Source: an uncultured Acidobacteriota bacterium (lineage in GTDB: Bacteria > Acidobacteriota > UBA6911). Taken from it: a stretch of DNA of 64,000 bases. The stretch covers positions 192,001 to 256,000 of the forward strand of contig CAWEJX010000007.1 of NCBI GenBank assembly GCA_963809485.1. Reading direction: 5' to 3'. Under the pieces are notes generated by a model. That model saw only the letters and a list, made by a program, of their open reading frames with translations. It was not told the DNA's origin and ran no database searches. Shown piece by piece: positions 48,995 to 58,820 of this stretch. Position 1 is the stretch's first letter; each line of letters opens with the position of its first letter. Made by a program: the position numbers and the translations under genes.

Positions 48995-51742
48995 TTATGA
49001 ACAGCCGCTGGTGTCCCCGCAATTTATGCATTTATAGCAGGAGCCGTTGCGAACCATGATGCTCCCGCACGATGCGCAGGTCGGCGCGTCGTCCAGCGCA
49101 TACATGGATTTGAAGTCATTGAGCGGGTCCGCATCGGTTTTCGGCGCCGAGGTTTCATCCACCCCGGACAGGTTTGCCTTGCTCATCACATGGACGCCCG
49201 TCTGAAGCTGCTCTTCCGTGGTAAGGAATTTGGAGGCCAGCCATCGGAAGATATAGTCGACGGTGGATTTCGCGAAGCGAATTTCGGCATTTCCGGTGTG
49301 TCCGGAGGGTTCGAACCGGACGTGGGAAAACTTGTCGATGAGGACTTTCAGCGGAACCCCATACTGAAGCGCCAGGGAAATGGCCGTGGCAAAGGAGTCC
49401 ATCATGCCGGAAATGGCGCTCCCTTCCTTGGCCATCACCAGGAAGATTTCCCCGGGCTGCCCGTCGTCGTACATTCCCACGGTGATGTAGCCTTCGTGCC
49501 CGCCGATGCTGAATTTGTGGGTGATGGCTTTACGCTCGGGGGGGAGCTTGCGCCGGACCGGTTTGAATTTCGGAGTTTCCATCTCCTTGGCCTTCGTCCC
49601 GCGGGCCGCATTCAGCGGCTGCGTTCTTTTCGAGTTGTCGCGGTAGATGGCGATGGCCTTCACGCCCAGTTTCCATGCCTGCATGAACAGGTCGGCGATC
49701 TGGTCGGCGGTTATGTTTTCGGGTACATTCACGGTCTTCGAAATGGCGCCGGAAATGAACGGCTGGACCGCGCTCATCATTCTGATGTGCCCCATGTAGT
49801 GGATCGAGCGGGTTCCGCGCTGGGGTTTGAACGCACAATCGAACGCGGGCAGGTGCTCCGGCTTCACATTGGGAGCGCCTTCAATCATGCCGTTTTCGTC
49901 GATGTATGCCGTAACGGCGTTGATCTCGTTTTCGGTATATCCCAGCTTCGCGAGCGCAACGGGAACCGTGTGGTTCACGATCTTCATGACGCCGCCGCCC
50001 ACCATTTTTTTAAATTTCACCAGCGCCAGGTCCGGTTCCACGCCCGTCGTGTCGCAATCCATCATGAAACCGATGGTGCCGGTCGGCGCCAGAACCGTGG
50101 CCTGGGCGTTCCGGAAACCGTGCACGGTCCCTTCGAGCACCACCAGGTCCCAGCAATCCTGCGCCGCTTTCATGAGATTTGCGGGCACACGGTTCGGGTT
50201 GATGTTCTGAAGCGCCGCCCGGTGCATGCGCATGACCTCCAGGAAAGGTTCACGGTTGGAGGCGTAGGCCCAAAAAGCCCCCTTGACGGCCGCGATCCGC
50301 GCGGACTGAAGATACGATTCCCCCGTCATCAGGGCCGTGATCGCGGCGGCAAAGTCCCTGCCCTCATCGCTGTCGTAGGCCAGCCCGTTGTGCATCAGGA
50401 GCGCGCCCAGATTCGCGTAGCCCAGGCCCAGAGGGCGGAATTCGCGGCTGTTTTTGCCGATTTTTTCAGTCGGGTAGCTCGCATTGTCCACGATGATTTC
50501 CTGGGCTGAAATCATCACGTCCACCGCCCTGCGGAAACCTTCGACGTCAAAGCTGCCCTCCGCGTCCACAAACTTGAGCAGGTTGAAAGAGGCCAGGTTG
50601 CAGGCCGAGTCGTCCAGGAACATGTATTCGGAGCAGGGATTGGAGGCATTGATGCGGCCGCTGTTTTTGCAGGTGTGCCAGCGGTTAACGGTCGTATCGT
50701 ACTGCATTCCCGGATCGCCGCAAACATGGCACGACTCGGCGATTTTCCTGAGCAGCTCCCGGGCCGGATAGGTGTCGACGATCTGCCCCGCCGGCCGCTC
50801 CCGTGTCGCCAGGGTCCCATCCTGTTCGACCAGCCGCATGAATTCATCCGTAACGCGGACGCTGTTGTTCGCGTTCTGGAAAAAAATGCTCCCGTACGCT
50901 TCGCCGTCCACGGATCCGTCGTAGCCTGCCTCCATCAGGGTCCAGGCCTTCTTCTCCTCCTTCGCCTTGCACTCGATGAAATCCACGATGTCCGGATGAT
51001 CGATGTTGAGGATAACCATCTTCGCAGCCCGGCGGGTTTTTCCTCCGCTCTTGATGACGCCGGCGAATGCGTCAAATCCCTTCATGAAGCTTACAGGCCC
51101 GGATGCGATGCCTCCGCCCGAAAGCTTGGCCCTCGCGGAACGGAGCGGCGAAAAATTGGTCCCGGTGCCTGAACCGTATTTGAAGAGCCGGCCTTCGGTG
51201 CACGCGAGGTTCAGGATGGAGTCCATCGTATCTTCCACGGAATTGATAAAACAGGCGGAGCATTGAGGATTGGGCTCGATCCCGCAGTTGAACCAGACCG
51301 GCGAATTAAACGCGGCGTACTGGTTCAAGAGCAGAAACGCGAGTTCGTCATGAAAGCTCTGAGCATCGGCCGTCGAGGCGAAGTATCCTCCCTGAACGCC
51401 CCATTCGGTCAGCGTCCGGACCACGCGCTCGACCAGCTGCCGCACGCTCGTCTCCCTCTGCGGAGTTCCGATCTGCCCGTGGAAGTACTTCGAAACCACG
51501 ATGCTCGTGGCCGTCAGCGACCAGTTTTTGGGTATCTCCACGCCTTCCTGCTGAAAGATGGTTTCCCCTTTTTCATTGGTGATCGAGGCCGTTCGAATTT
51601 CCCACTCTACATCATCGTATGACGTCGAGCCTTCCCGCGTAAAATGGCGGACGAATTCGAGACCGTTGCCGGTTTTCTGCGAATCTGCGGGCAAAGCCAC
51701 AGAGGCAACACTTTCCATAGGCAACGATTTATTGCTGCTCAT
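48995..51742 (-). CDS. nrdJ: Class II (adenosylcobalamin-dependent) ribonucleotide reductase
   Basis: FNSPVWFN, SACF, GGKTRRAA, NPCSE, CNLAS, APTGT, C-terminal TSCPD and Cys ribbon. RBS AGGAGG. Confidence 0.95.
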   Translation of the reverse strand: MSSNKSLPMESVASVALPADSQKTGNGLEFVRHFTREGSTSYDDVEWEIRTASITNEKGETIFQQEGVEIPKNWSLTATSIVVSKYFHGQIGTPQRETSVRQLVERVVRTLTEWGVQGGYFASTADAQSFHDELAFLLLNQYAAFNSPVWFNCGIEPNPQCSACFINSVEDTMDSILNLACTEGRLFKYGSGTGTNFSPLRSARAKLSGGGIASGPVSFMKGFDAFAGVIKSGGKTRRAAKMVILNIDHPDIVDFIECKAKEEKKAWTLMEAGYDGSVDGEAYGSIFFQNANNSVRVTDEFMRLVEQDGTLATRERPAGQIVDTYPARELLRKIAESCHVCGDPGMQYDTTVNRWHTCKNSGRINASNPCSEYMFLDDSACNLASFNLLKFVDAEGSFDVEGFRRAVDVMISAQEIIVDNASYPTEKIGKNSREFRPLGLGYANLGALLMHNGLAYDSDEGRDFAAAITALMTGESYLQSARIAAVKGAFWAYASNREPFLEVMRMHRAALQNINPNRVPANLMKAAQDCWDLVVLEGTVHGFRNAQATVLAPTGTIGFMMDCDTTGVEPDLALVKFKKMVGGGVMKIVNHTVPVALAKLGYTENEINAVTAYIDENGMIEGAPNVKPEHLPAFDCAFKPQRGTRSIHYMGHIRMMSAVQPFISGAISKTVNVPENITADQIADLFMQAWKLGVKAIAIYRDNSKRTQPLNAARGTKAKEMETPKFKPVRRKLPPERKAITHKFSIGGHEGYITVGMYDDGQPGEIFLVMAKEGSAISGMMDSFATAISLALQYGVPLKVLIDKFSHVRFEPSGHTGNAEIRFAKSTVDYIFRWLASKFLTTEEQLQTGVHVMSKANLSGVDETSAPKTDADPLNDFKSMYALDDAPTCASCGSIMVRNGSCYKCINCGDTSGCS

Positions 51743-51866
51743 GAGAACAATCCTCCTTAACAAGGAACGATGATTCAGCGAAAAACGATCCTCAACGGGG
51801 CTTATTGCTCCACTCAAGAATGAGTCGCGTTTTACACGAATCCCAACCGCCCTGTCAATGAAAATA

Positions 51867-51914
51867 TCACTATATATGGTACTATGGGCAATAAAATACC
51901 ACAATATATTGCGC
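51867..51914. promoter_or_regulatory. Tandem NrdR boxes
   Basis: TCACTATATATGGTAC (51867-51882) and CCACAATATATTGCGC (51899-51914), 32 bp apart; match acaCwAtATaTwGtgt; upstream of nrdJ. Confidence 0.85.
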
Positions 51915-52068
51915 AAATTATTGATTCTTGGGGTTTTGGCGTTTCTCCCCGTCCGGAAAAATATCAGTCGGCAACGCAGGAATTCCGAGGGGGCAACACG
52001 CTGTTTGACAACCAGGGAAGTCTCATCCACAATGAAAGCCTGTTCGCTCGCCAGGATGGGGAAAAATC

Positions 52069-52869
52069 ATGATCCAGTATCTGGTATTCGACATTGAAAC
52101 GCGTGTGGATAAGGACCTCGTGAAGCAGATCTACGATCCGGAAAACTGTCTGACTCTGGACCAGGCTTACGACACCGCCCGGGACAAGCTTCTGGAGCGG
52201 AGCGGCCAGCAGAGCGACTTTTTCCCGGTCCCCTTTCATATACCCATTGCAGTCGCCACGCTGCACGCGGACGAGAACTATGGGATAAAGTCTCTGGGCT
52301 GCATGGGGCTCGACCGGTACTCCGAAGCGGATCTGGTTGCCAGGTTCTGGCAGGTTTTTGAAAACGTTCAGACCTTTGTGACCTTTAACGGCCGCGGATT
52401 CGATTTGCCGGTGATGGAGACCCGGGCATTCAAATATGGTATCCCGCTCCCGCGATATTTCGGCACGGGACATGAGCGGATCAACTATCGGGGAAACCGT
52501 TACAGCGACGCCTACCATATCGATTTGTGCGATTTTCTCTCCAATTATGGGGCTGTGCGCCGGAATTCGATCAACCTGTTTTGCAAGCTTATGGGGCTTC
52601 CCGGCAAGTACACGATAGCGGGCGAGGACGTGGAATACCTCTTTCGCCAGGGACGCCAGAAAGAAATCAACCAGTACTGCATGACGGATGTCCTGCAGAC
52701 CTACCTTCTTTTCCTGCGTGTCGAACTGCTGAGAGGCAAGTTGGACAGATCCGCCTATCAGGCAGCCGTGACCGCTGCCGGGGAGGACCTGACACAGCGC
52801 GCAAGCAGCGCCGGTTCCGAAAATTTCCTGCTGGACTTTCTCCAGCGATGGAACCAGTCCGAAGTTTGA
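52069..52869 (+). CDS. PolB-related 3'-5' exonuclease
   Basis: VFDIET, TFNGRGFDLP, H.DL.D, YC.TDV. Confidence 0.88.
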   Translation: MIQYLVFDIETRVDKDLVKQIYDPENCLTLDQAYDTARDKLLERSGQQSDFFPVPFHIPIAVATLHADENYGIKSLGCMGLDRYSEADLVARFWQVFENVQTFVTFNGRGFDLPVMETRAFKYGIPLPRYFGTGHERINYRGNRYSDAYHIDLCDFLSNYGAVRRNSINLFCKLMGLPGKYTIAGEDVEYLFRQGRQKEINQYCMTDVLQTYLLFLRVELLRGKLDRSAYQAAVTAAGEDLTQRASSAGSENFLLDFLQRWNQSEV

Positions 52870-52965
52870 TCCTCTTTGCCAAAGAGTGTTTTGCCGGGAA
52901 GCGACAGTAAGACTAGACCATAAGCCTTTATAAATCAACAGTATATGGAAGCCAGACTTCCTTCA

Positions 52966-53198
52966 GTCAGGTACCTCCGGCAAAGCCGGAGGCTTGAAAG
53001 ATTGGAACCGCTCAAAGCGGTTGGAGAAGTTACGCCGGTCTTGAACGCTGACTTACGCGGGTAAAAGCCGATGAGGCGCTCGCCGACTCTCGCCGAACAA
53101 ATCGGTGTTTGTCAGCGCTTTTATCAGCGTTTCAAAATACGGAACTGTCAAACTCTTTGAGTCCCCCGGCAGAGCCGGCGCTTTACCAATGTAATTAT
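52966..53198 (-). mobile_element. Non-autonomous IS200/IS605-type element with palindromic cargo, copy C
   Basis: Highly similar to copy B throughout. Confidence 0.75.
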
Positions 53199-53221
53199 TG
53201 TCGGTTGCGCCGGATTCGCGA

Positions 53222-53701
53222 CTATTTATGCGAATTTTTGGATTTTCCGGAAATCTGTTTCTTTCCGTCTGCAAAAAAATTCCGCAGAAGCCTTATGGTG
53301 CGCGGGAGATCGGATTTTGGCACGACGATGTGATCGTTCCTGAAGGCGGAAACAGGGACGGAGCGAATGCTGGATTCGGTCAGGAGCGATCCTATCGCGG
53401 ACAGGTAACCGCTCGATATCAGCGAGAGCTTCACATCAAAACTGATCACCTTCATGGGGCCGATCACGTCGTATTTCTCAAATATCCTTTGCATTCTCAA
53501 CCATTTACGGCGCGGCAAGACCATCGTGATCACCTTCGGCTCCTGAATCACCACAGCAAAACGGGTGGTTGCGGGACGAAACCATTCGCCCGAAATAGCC
53601 TTGATGCCGACCGGCAAGTGAACGATGAAATAGTCCTCGGGAAACACGACTAAATTCGTTTGTGTCAGCAGTCCTTTAAGATCCGCAGAGAGCTCCGCCA
53701 T
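53222..53701 (-). CDS. ACT-domain protein
   Basis: ISFD..L.....GYL..I...L....I....VSAF..DHI.VP pattern. Confidence 0.75.
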   Translation of the reverse strand: MAELSADLKGLLTQTNLVVFPEDYFIVHLPVGIKAISGEWFRPATTRFAVVIQEPKVITMVLPRRKWLRMQRIFEKYDVIGPMKVISFDVKLSLISSGYLSAIGSLLTESSIRSVPVSAFRNDHIVVPKSDLPRTIRLLRNFFADGKKQISGKSKNSHK

Positions 53702-53836
53702 AAATCTCCTTTTACCGCGAATTGGAAGACATAATAGCACCGGAGATCGGGCGATAAAAGCCTAAACCAAGAGGCTTCGCTGCGCATCGAAGCTTCGCGC
53801 CATAAAGCCGTAAAACTTGTGAAGACAGAAATTAGA

Positions 53837-54469
53837 TCAATGCCCGCGGGAGGAGCTGTATTTTTTTTCGCCCGCCCGGATCGCAACCTTGAGAGAATTT
53901 TCATCCGGCGCGACCGGGCAGCTGAACGTGGGATTATAGGCGCAATACGGATTGTAGGCACGGTTGAAATCCAGGTCGTAAACTCCCGAGGTATTCTCCT
54001 TAAGGTCGATATAGCGGCCCGAGCCATAGGTCTCGCGCCCCGAAGTGGAGTCCCGGAACGGGATAAAAAGATAGGGGCCGCCTTCGGGCGCATCGTCGAG
54101 CCTGTAAGCCTGAAGCCGGCACTCCTGATTCCATATCTGAAAACTGAAGAAGCCGTAACGCAGGCCGCTGCGTATTTCGCCGGTGTTGGTACCCAGCCGC
54201 ACCTGTTCCGGGCTGGAGTATCGCTGCAGCCGCACGGTAAATCTTAAACCGGGATCCAAAGGGTAGTAATCGAGGCCTTTGAAGCCGGGCCTGTCCTCCG
54301 GAAGAATCGGCGAGTCTTCTGCCTTAAAGGTCGCGTCTTTGGCCGCCCTTTCCTTAAGAACCGCGTCCACGAACACTGAGGGCTCCCTGCCTGCGGTGTC
54401 CGTTTTTGCACAAGCCGTCAGCATCACAAGAAGAATGGCAATCACAGGAGCTGCAAATCCAGGCTTCAT
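53837..54469 (-). CDS. DUF1684 lipoprotein
   Basis: LTAC lipobox; LF.PF.D.TSG.ETYG.GRY; LDFNRAYNPYCAY...SCP. Confidence 0.9.
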   Translation of the reverse strand: MKPGFAAPVIAILLVMLTACAKTDTAGREPSVFVDAVLKERAAKDATFKAEDSPILPEDRPGFKGLDYYPLDPGLRFTVRLQRYSSPEQVRLGTNTGEIRSGLRYGFFSFQIWNQECRLQAYRLDDAPEGGPYLFIPFRDSTSGRETYGSGRYIDLKENTSGVYDLDFNRAYNPYCAYNPTFSCPVAPDENSLKVAIRAGEKKYSSSRGH

Positions 54470-54608
54470 ACGAGACTACCTCCAGGTGTTACCCGGCTGA
54501 TAGTATCAGGATGGGAGCCCTTCTGACAAATTCCCTGCCGACCTGCCCTGGCCCTAAAAATGTATCCGGCCCGGCACCTTCCGGCATGCAAAAAAAATAA
54601 ATAAAAAA

Positions 54609-54636
54609 GCAACCTTTGGGGCACGGTTGCCGTCTA
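54609..54636 (+). promoter_or_regulatory. ECF-sigma-type promoter
   Basis: GCAACC-N16-CGTCTA preceded by an A-tract. Confidence 0.55.
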
Positions 54637-54642
54637 TAGGGT

Positions 54643-54724
54643 TACATTCAACCCCAATTGAACAACACCGCTGTTGGGGCGACGGGAATGCAAACGGACT
54701 CTCATTCCTGCCGCCCCCTTTTTA
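54643..54724 (+). ncRNA. Candidate ~80-nt small RNA
   Basis: Lies between the ECF-like promoter and a 15-bp-stem terminator (54676-54723); no RBS-led ORF. Confidence 0.45.
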
Positions 54725-54830
54725 TTCAACGACCTCAGCAAAGCCCGGCGCATGACTGCAAACTATTCCAGACGGTATGCTGAGATTCTGAGGCATTAGC
54801 TATCGATCTGCCCTGACCTTAACATCTGTG

Positions 54831-54870
54831 GTCAGTGTTCATCAGCGTCTTTATCAGCGTAATTCGGCGT
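54831..54870. repeat. GTCAGCGT half-repeat (same family)
   Basis: GTCAGTGTTCATCAGCGTCTTTATCAGCGTAATTCGGCGT. Confidence 0.55.
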
Positions 54871-55144
54871 CATCTCACGCTGGTGTTGCCGAACTCCAAA
54901 AGCCGTCCGGAGACGCCGAGAAACAAGCTTTGCCTTATTTTATATATCTCCGCCGCTTTTTGCCGATTCAGTAAGTCGGCTGACAATGAAGGCTACAGGC
55001 TCGAAGGCGCAAGCAGAAAAAGCTTTCCCGGCGCAAATACATGCGTTGTTTGTACAGGGAAGCCGGGGATTCCAATTTGCAATTGACACCCCTGGGAGCT
55101 TTCGATAGTCTTCAATAACTATTTTTTTGTGATTAGGAGCGACC

Positions 55145-56458
55145 ATGCCCTCCGCGCAAGATTGTGCCGAAAGGCTTCGCGAACAAGCCTACAGGACGCT
55201 CTTACCGCAGATCCGGGATCTGGAGCAGGAGCTGCAAAACTTCAGCAATTCTCTTTCGTCCGGCGTCGATCAGATCGAGCGAAGGCTGGATGCTTTGCGC
55301 AAAATTGAGCTGCCCACGACTGAAGCCATCCTCAGCGAAGTACTGGAGGAAGTGAAGCTTCAAAAAGAGCATGACGCGGGCTCTCTGGTTGCGTTTGCAT
55401 ACGGCTTGCGCCGGAAAGAGACTCAGGAAGAAATCCTCACGTTTCTCCTCGACAACGCCCAAAGGTATTTTTCGCGCGTGGCTCTTTTTGCGGTCCGGGG
55501 AGACCGATTTTTAGGTTGGTCGTCCAGGGGTTATTCCGACGCAAAAGCCAGGGAAATAGGTTCCTGTGAATTTCCGCGCTCCGAATGCCGGCAATTGGAG
55601 GATGCTCTCGGGAGTGAAAATCCGGTGACGGCCTCTGAATTGCCGGACAATCATAGCCCTCTGAGTTTGCTCCAGGATCAGACCGGGGAGCCATGGCATT
55701 TGATGCCGCTGCGCGCCCTGCAGCGGCCGGTTGCGCTTCTGCTGGCCAGCGGGAATGGAATTGCACCTTCCGGCGCCGATGCCCTCGCGGTTCTGGCCGA
55801 ACTGACATCGCTGCGGCTGGAAAACCTGGCTCTCAAGGTTCTGTACGAACTGACGGCCGGAAAACCTGAAACAGCGCCCCAGCCTTTGAGAGAAGAGGTC
55901 GCGGCAGCAGCTACGGAATCGACCGAGACATTCGCGCCTATTCCGTCGGCCCCTCCGGCCATGGCCCAGGAGGAAGCCGCGGTACAAGCCGCGCCTGCAC
56001 CGGAAGCCGTCTTCGAAGAGGAACCCGTCGAAGCGCCGGAAGCAGAGACCATCCCGGTTTCGGCTGCCGCTCAGTCGAGTGCCCCTCAGGAGGAAATTCC
56101 GGTTGAGGCAGCCGCCGCGATTCCGGCCCCGGAGCCGGCCAAATTTCAGCCACAGGCATTTCAACCGGCCGGCGAGGAGGAAAAGCTTCACGCGGATGCA
56201 AAGAGATTTGCACGCCTGCTGGTTTCCGAAATCAAGCTCTACAATGAACACCACGTTATGGAAGGCCGGGAAAACCGGGATCTCTACCTCAGGCTGAAGC
56301 GCGATATCGACCGAAGCCGTGAGATGTACGAAAAGCGCGTTTCGCCCACGGTTGCCAGGAAAATTGACTACTTCCACGATGAAATCATTCGAATACTCGG
56401 AGATAACGACTCCACCACACTCGGGAGCGACTATCCGGGTCCTCGTGTCGAAAGCTAG
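55145..56458 (+). CDS. Hypothetical protein: GAF-like domain, Ala/Pro/Glu linker, C-terminal helical domain
   Basis: RVALFAV..D...GW; low-complexity linker; A.RFARLLVSEIKLYN. Confidence 0.82.
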   Translation: MPSAQDCAERLREQAYRTLLPQIRDLEQELQNFSNSLSSGVDQIERRLDALRKIELPTTEAILSEVLEEVKLQKEHDAGSLVAFAYGLRRKETQEEILTFLLDNAQRYFSRVALFAVRGDRFLGWSSRGYSDAKAREIGSCEFPRSECRQLEDALGSENPVTASELPDNHSPLSLLQDQTGEPWHLMPLRALQRPVALLLASGNGIAPSGADALAVLAELTSLRLENLALKVLYELTAGKPETAPQPLREEVAAAATESTETFAPIPSAPPAMAQEEAAVQAAPAPEAVFEEEPVEAPEAETIPVSAAAQSSAPQEEIPVEAAAAIPAPEPAKFQPQAFQPAGEEEKLHADAKRFARLLVSEIKLYNEHHVMEGRENRDLYLRLKRDIDRSREMYEKRVSPTVARKIDYFHDEIIRILGDNDSTTLGSDYPGPRVES

Positions 56459-56467
56459 AAACCAGAA

Positions 56468-58687
56468 GTGCACGTAAGAAGGGTTTTTTCGGGATACCAA
56501 CGCCGGCAATGGCTGAGTGTACGGCTTTGCATCGCCACAGCCTTCCTCAGCATATTGCTCCCTGCCGGAATCACCGATGCTCCCGGCGTGACCAGGAAGG
56601 GTGCGCCGCAGCCCTCCGCGTCGATCTCCCGGAAGCCTCAGACCGACCGGGCTGCCTTGACAGCGGCATCAGGCGCGCTGAAGCGCGGAGTGGATCTCTA
56701 CCTCGCCAGCCAATATGCCTCAGCTCTCGAAAGCCTGCCCGGCGAACAGGAGGCTTCCGCAAGCCTGCTCGGCGATTACATCCTGCTCTATAGAGGCAGA
56801 GCCAATCTCAAGCTGGAGCGGCGCCAGGAAGCTCTAAACAGTTTCCGTTTGCTGGAAAAGCAATTCCCCGATTCGCCTCTCCTGAAGGACGCTCTGACAG
56901 GGCAGTGCCAGGCACTGTTAAAGCTTGATGATCCGCGCGCCGCTCTGGCAATCCTGAGCAGCAGCAAGTTTGATCCCGATGCCGAATCGACCTATTTAAA
57001 GGCTCAGGCCCATCAGGCGGCGGGTGAAAAAGAAGAAGCCGTCGAACTGTATCTGCGGGTCTATTCCCGATATCCCGACTCCGGATTTTCGCCGCTTGCA
57101 GAACGCAGCCTCGTTTCGCTGTCCCCAAAGGCGCTTACGGGCAACCGCAACTATGCCGCCCGCCTGCAGAGAGCGGAGAATCTCATCAAAGCTGCGAATG
57201 CCCGCGGGGCGCGCCTCCTGCTTCTGGCGCTGGGCAAGGTGCCCGCTCCCGATTCGCCCAGCTCCGAAAGAAGGAATCTGCTTTTGGCGGAAGCGGAATA
57301 CCGCCTGGGAAGAGCCTCAACAGCTCTCACTTACCTTCGCAAAGTGACGGCCGAAGACTCCGCGCTGCACGCAAGGGCCATATACCTGGAGGGGGCCTGC
57401 TACCGGAAACTCGAAAGGGAAGAGGCAATGCTTGCAGCGCGGGATAAAGCGCTGAAGTTATACCCCTATTCCCCGGATACCCAGGAGCTTTGTTATTCTG
57501 TCGCTGCCTATTTTGATCTGAACTACAAAAATGCGAAAGCATCCGAAGCCTACGGGCTTCTCTATAAAGCTTTCCCAAAAAGCCGCCACGCGGATCGCGC
57601 GTTGTGGAAGGGCGCAATACTCGCCTACCAGTCCAGGCAATATGGGGAAGCGGCCCTGGGATTCTGGAATTATTTGATTTCCCATCCGAGCCCTAACCAG
57701 GCCGGTCCGGCGCTTTACTGGTTGGGTCGCTGCTATCAGAGCCTGACCGATTATGAGAACGCGAAGTATTTCTATGGCCGGGCCCGGGCTTTGGCCAACG
57801 AAAGCTACTACGGCCAGCGGGCTCGTGAGGCGGCTTCAGCTCTGCAGCAGGCCCTGGACGGCAAAGCCGCCCGGATTTCGGGAATCGATTTCGCCCAGGT
57901 GGTGCGTATATGCGACAGCATGCAGTATCCTCCGGTTTCCATCCCGGAACCCGGAGAAATTGCAGCCCTGTTTGTCAGCCGTGCATCCGCCCTGGCAGAG
58001 GCGGACCTTGAGGATTTTTCGATTTCCGAGTTGCGCTGGGGAAGCCGCCGCTATCCCCAGGAGGCCGGTGCCCTGAATTATGAAATGTCCCGCATCTGCG
58101 ACTCCAGGGAGGATCATAACGGCGCGATCGCGGGATTGCGCAGGGTGTTTCCGGACTATGTCACTCGCCCTGCCTCTTCGTTGCCCGATGAAGTCTGGCA
58201 GCTCCTCTACCCCATTCGGCATTGGGAAATTATTTCCTCCCGTGCCGTCGACCAAAAATTGGATCCGGGCCTGATTCTTGGGGTCATTCGGCAGGAATCC
58301 GGATTTGAAGAAAAAGCGAGATCCAGGGCCAATGCCCGCGGCCTGATGCAGATCATCCCTTCCACCGGCCGGAAGCTGGCCCGTCAGGCTCGAATCCCGC
58401 GATACAGCGTCGCAAAGCTATATCAGGCCGAAACCAATATCACGCTTGGAACCAGATTCCTCGCCTCTCTGGTTCAGACATACGGCGCCCTCGAGCTTGC
58501 TCTGGCTGCCTATAATGCCGGGGGTTCCCGCGTGGACCGCTGGCTTGCCGAATTCGGCCGGGACGATATGGCGCTCTTTGTCGAACAGATCCCTTTCAGC
58601 GAGACGCGAAACTATGTCATGCAGGCTTTGAGCAACAAAGCCCGTTATGATTTAATGACATCGTCTGCCAGCACTGGAGCGCGGTGA
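56468..58687 (+). CDS. slt: TPR-containing soluble lytic murein transglycosylase
   Basis: IRQES.F, ARGLMQI.P, AAYNAG, IPFSETRNYV; TPR helices. Confidence 0.92.
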   Translation: MHVRRVFSGYQRRQWLSVRLCIATAFLSILLPAGITDAPGVTRKGAPQPSASISRKPQTDRAALTAASGALKRGVDLYLASQYASALESLPGEQEASASLLGDYILLYRGRANLKLERRQEALNSFRLLEKQFPDSPLLKDALTGQCQALLKLDDPRAALAILSSSKFDPDAESTYLKAQAHQAAGEKEEAVELYLRVYSRYPDSGFSPLAERSLVSLSPKALTGNRNYAARLQRAENLIKAANARGARLLLLALGKVPAPDSPSSERRNLLLAEAEYRLGRASTALTYLRKVTAEDSALHARAIYLEGACYRKLEREEAMLAARDKALKLYPYSPDTQELCYSVAAYFDLNYKNAKASEAYGLLYKAFPKSRHADRALWKGAILAYQSRQYGEAALGFWNYLISHPSPNQAGPALYWLGRCYQSLTDYENAKYFYGRARALANESYYGQRAREAASALQQALDGKAARISGIDFAQVVRICDSMQYPPVSIPEPGEIAALFVSRASALAEADLEDFSISELRWGSRRYPQEAGALNYEMSRICDSREDHNGAIAGLRRVFPDYVTRPASSLPDEVWQLLYPIRHWEIISSRAVDQKLDPGLILGVIRQESGFEEKARSRANARGLMQIIPSTGRKLARQARIPRYSVAKLYQAETNITLGTRFLASLVQTYGALELALAAYNAGGSRVDRWLAEFGRDDMALFVEQIPFSETRNYVMQALSNKARYDLMTSSASTGAR

Positions 58688-58820
58688 GAAATTCGGGCGG
58701 GAGAACCGTCCTCCCGGGCAACTTGCGAATTCAGGATTACGGGCATCCAGGCAACAGCCGGATACGCTGCGCCGGTTGAGATTGCATGGAAAGCGAAGGA
58801 ACCGTTGAGAGGATCCACCT

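Noticed and set aside
49190-50509. Long antisense ORFs (also 16571-17560, 28411-29418, 55511-56509, 60363-61499)
   Set aside because: Shadow frames of well-supported genes in GC-rich DNA, with no motifs.
51743-52030. N-terminal extension of NrdJ or a cobalamin riboswitch
   Set aside because: A strong RBS precedes the ATG at 51742. The extension overlaps the NrdR boxes, and no B12-box was seen.
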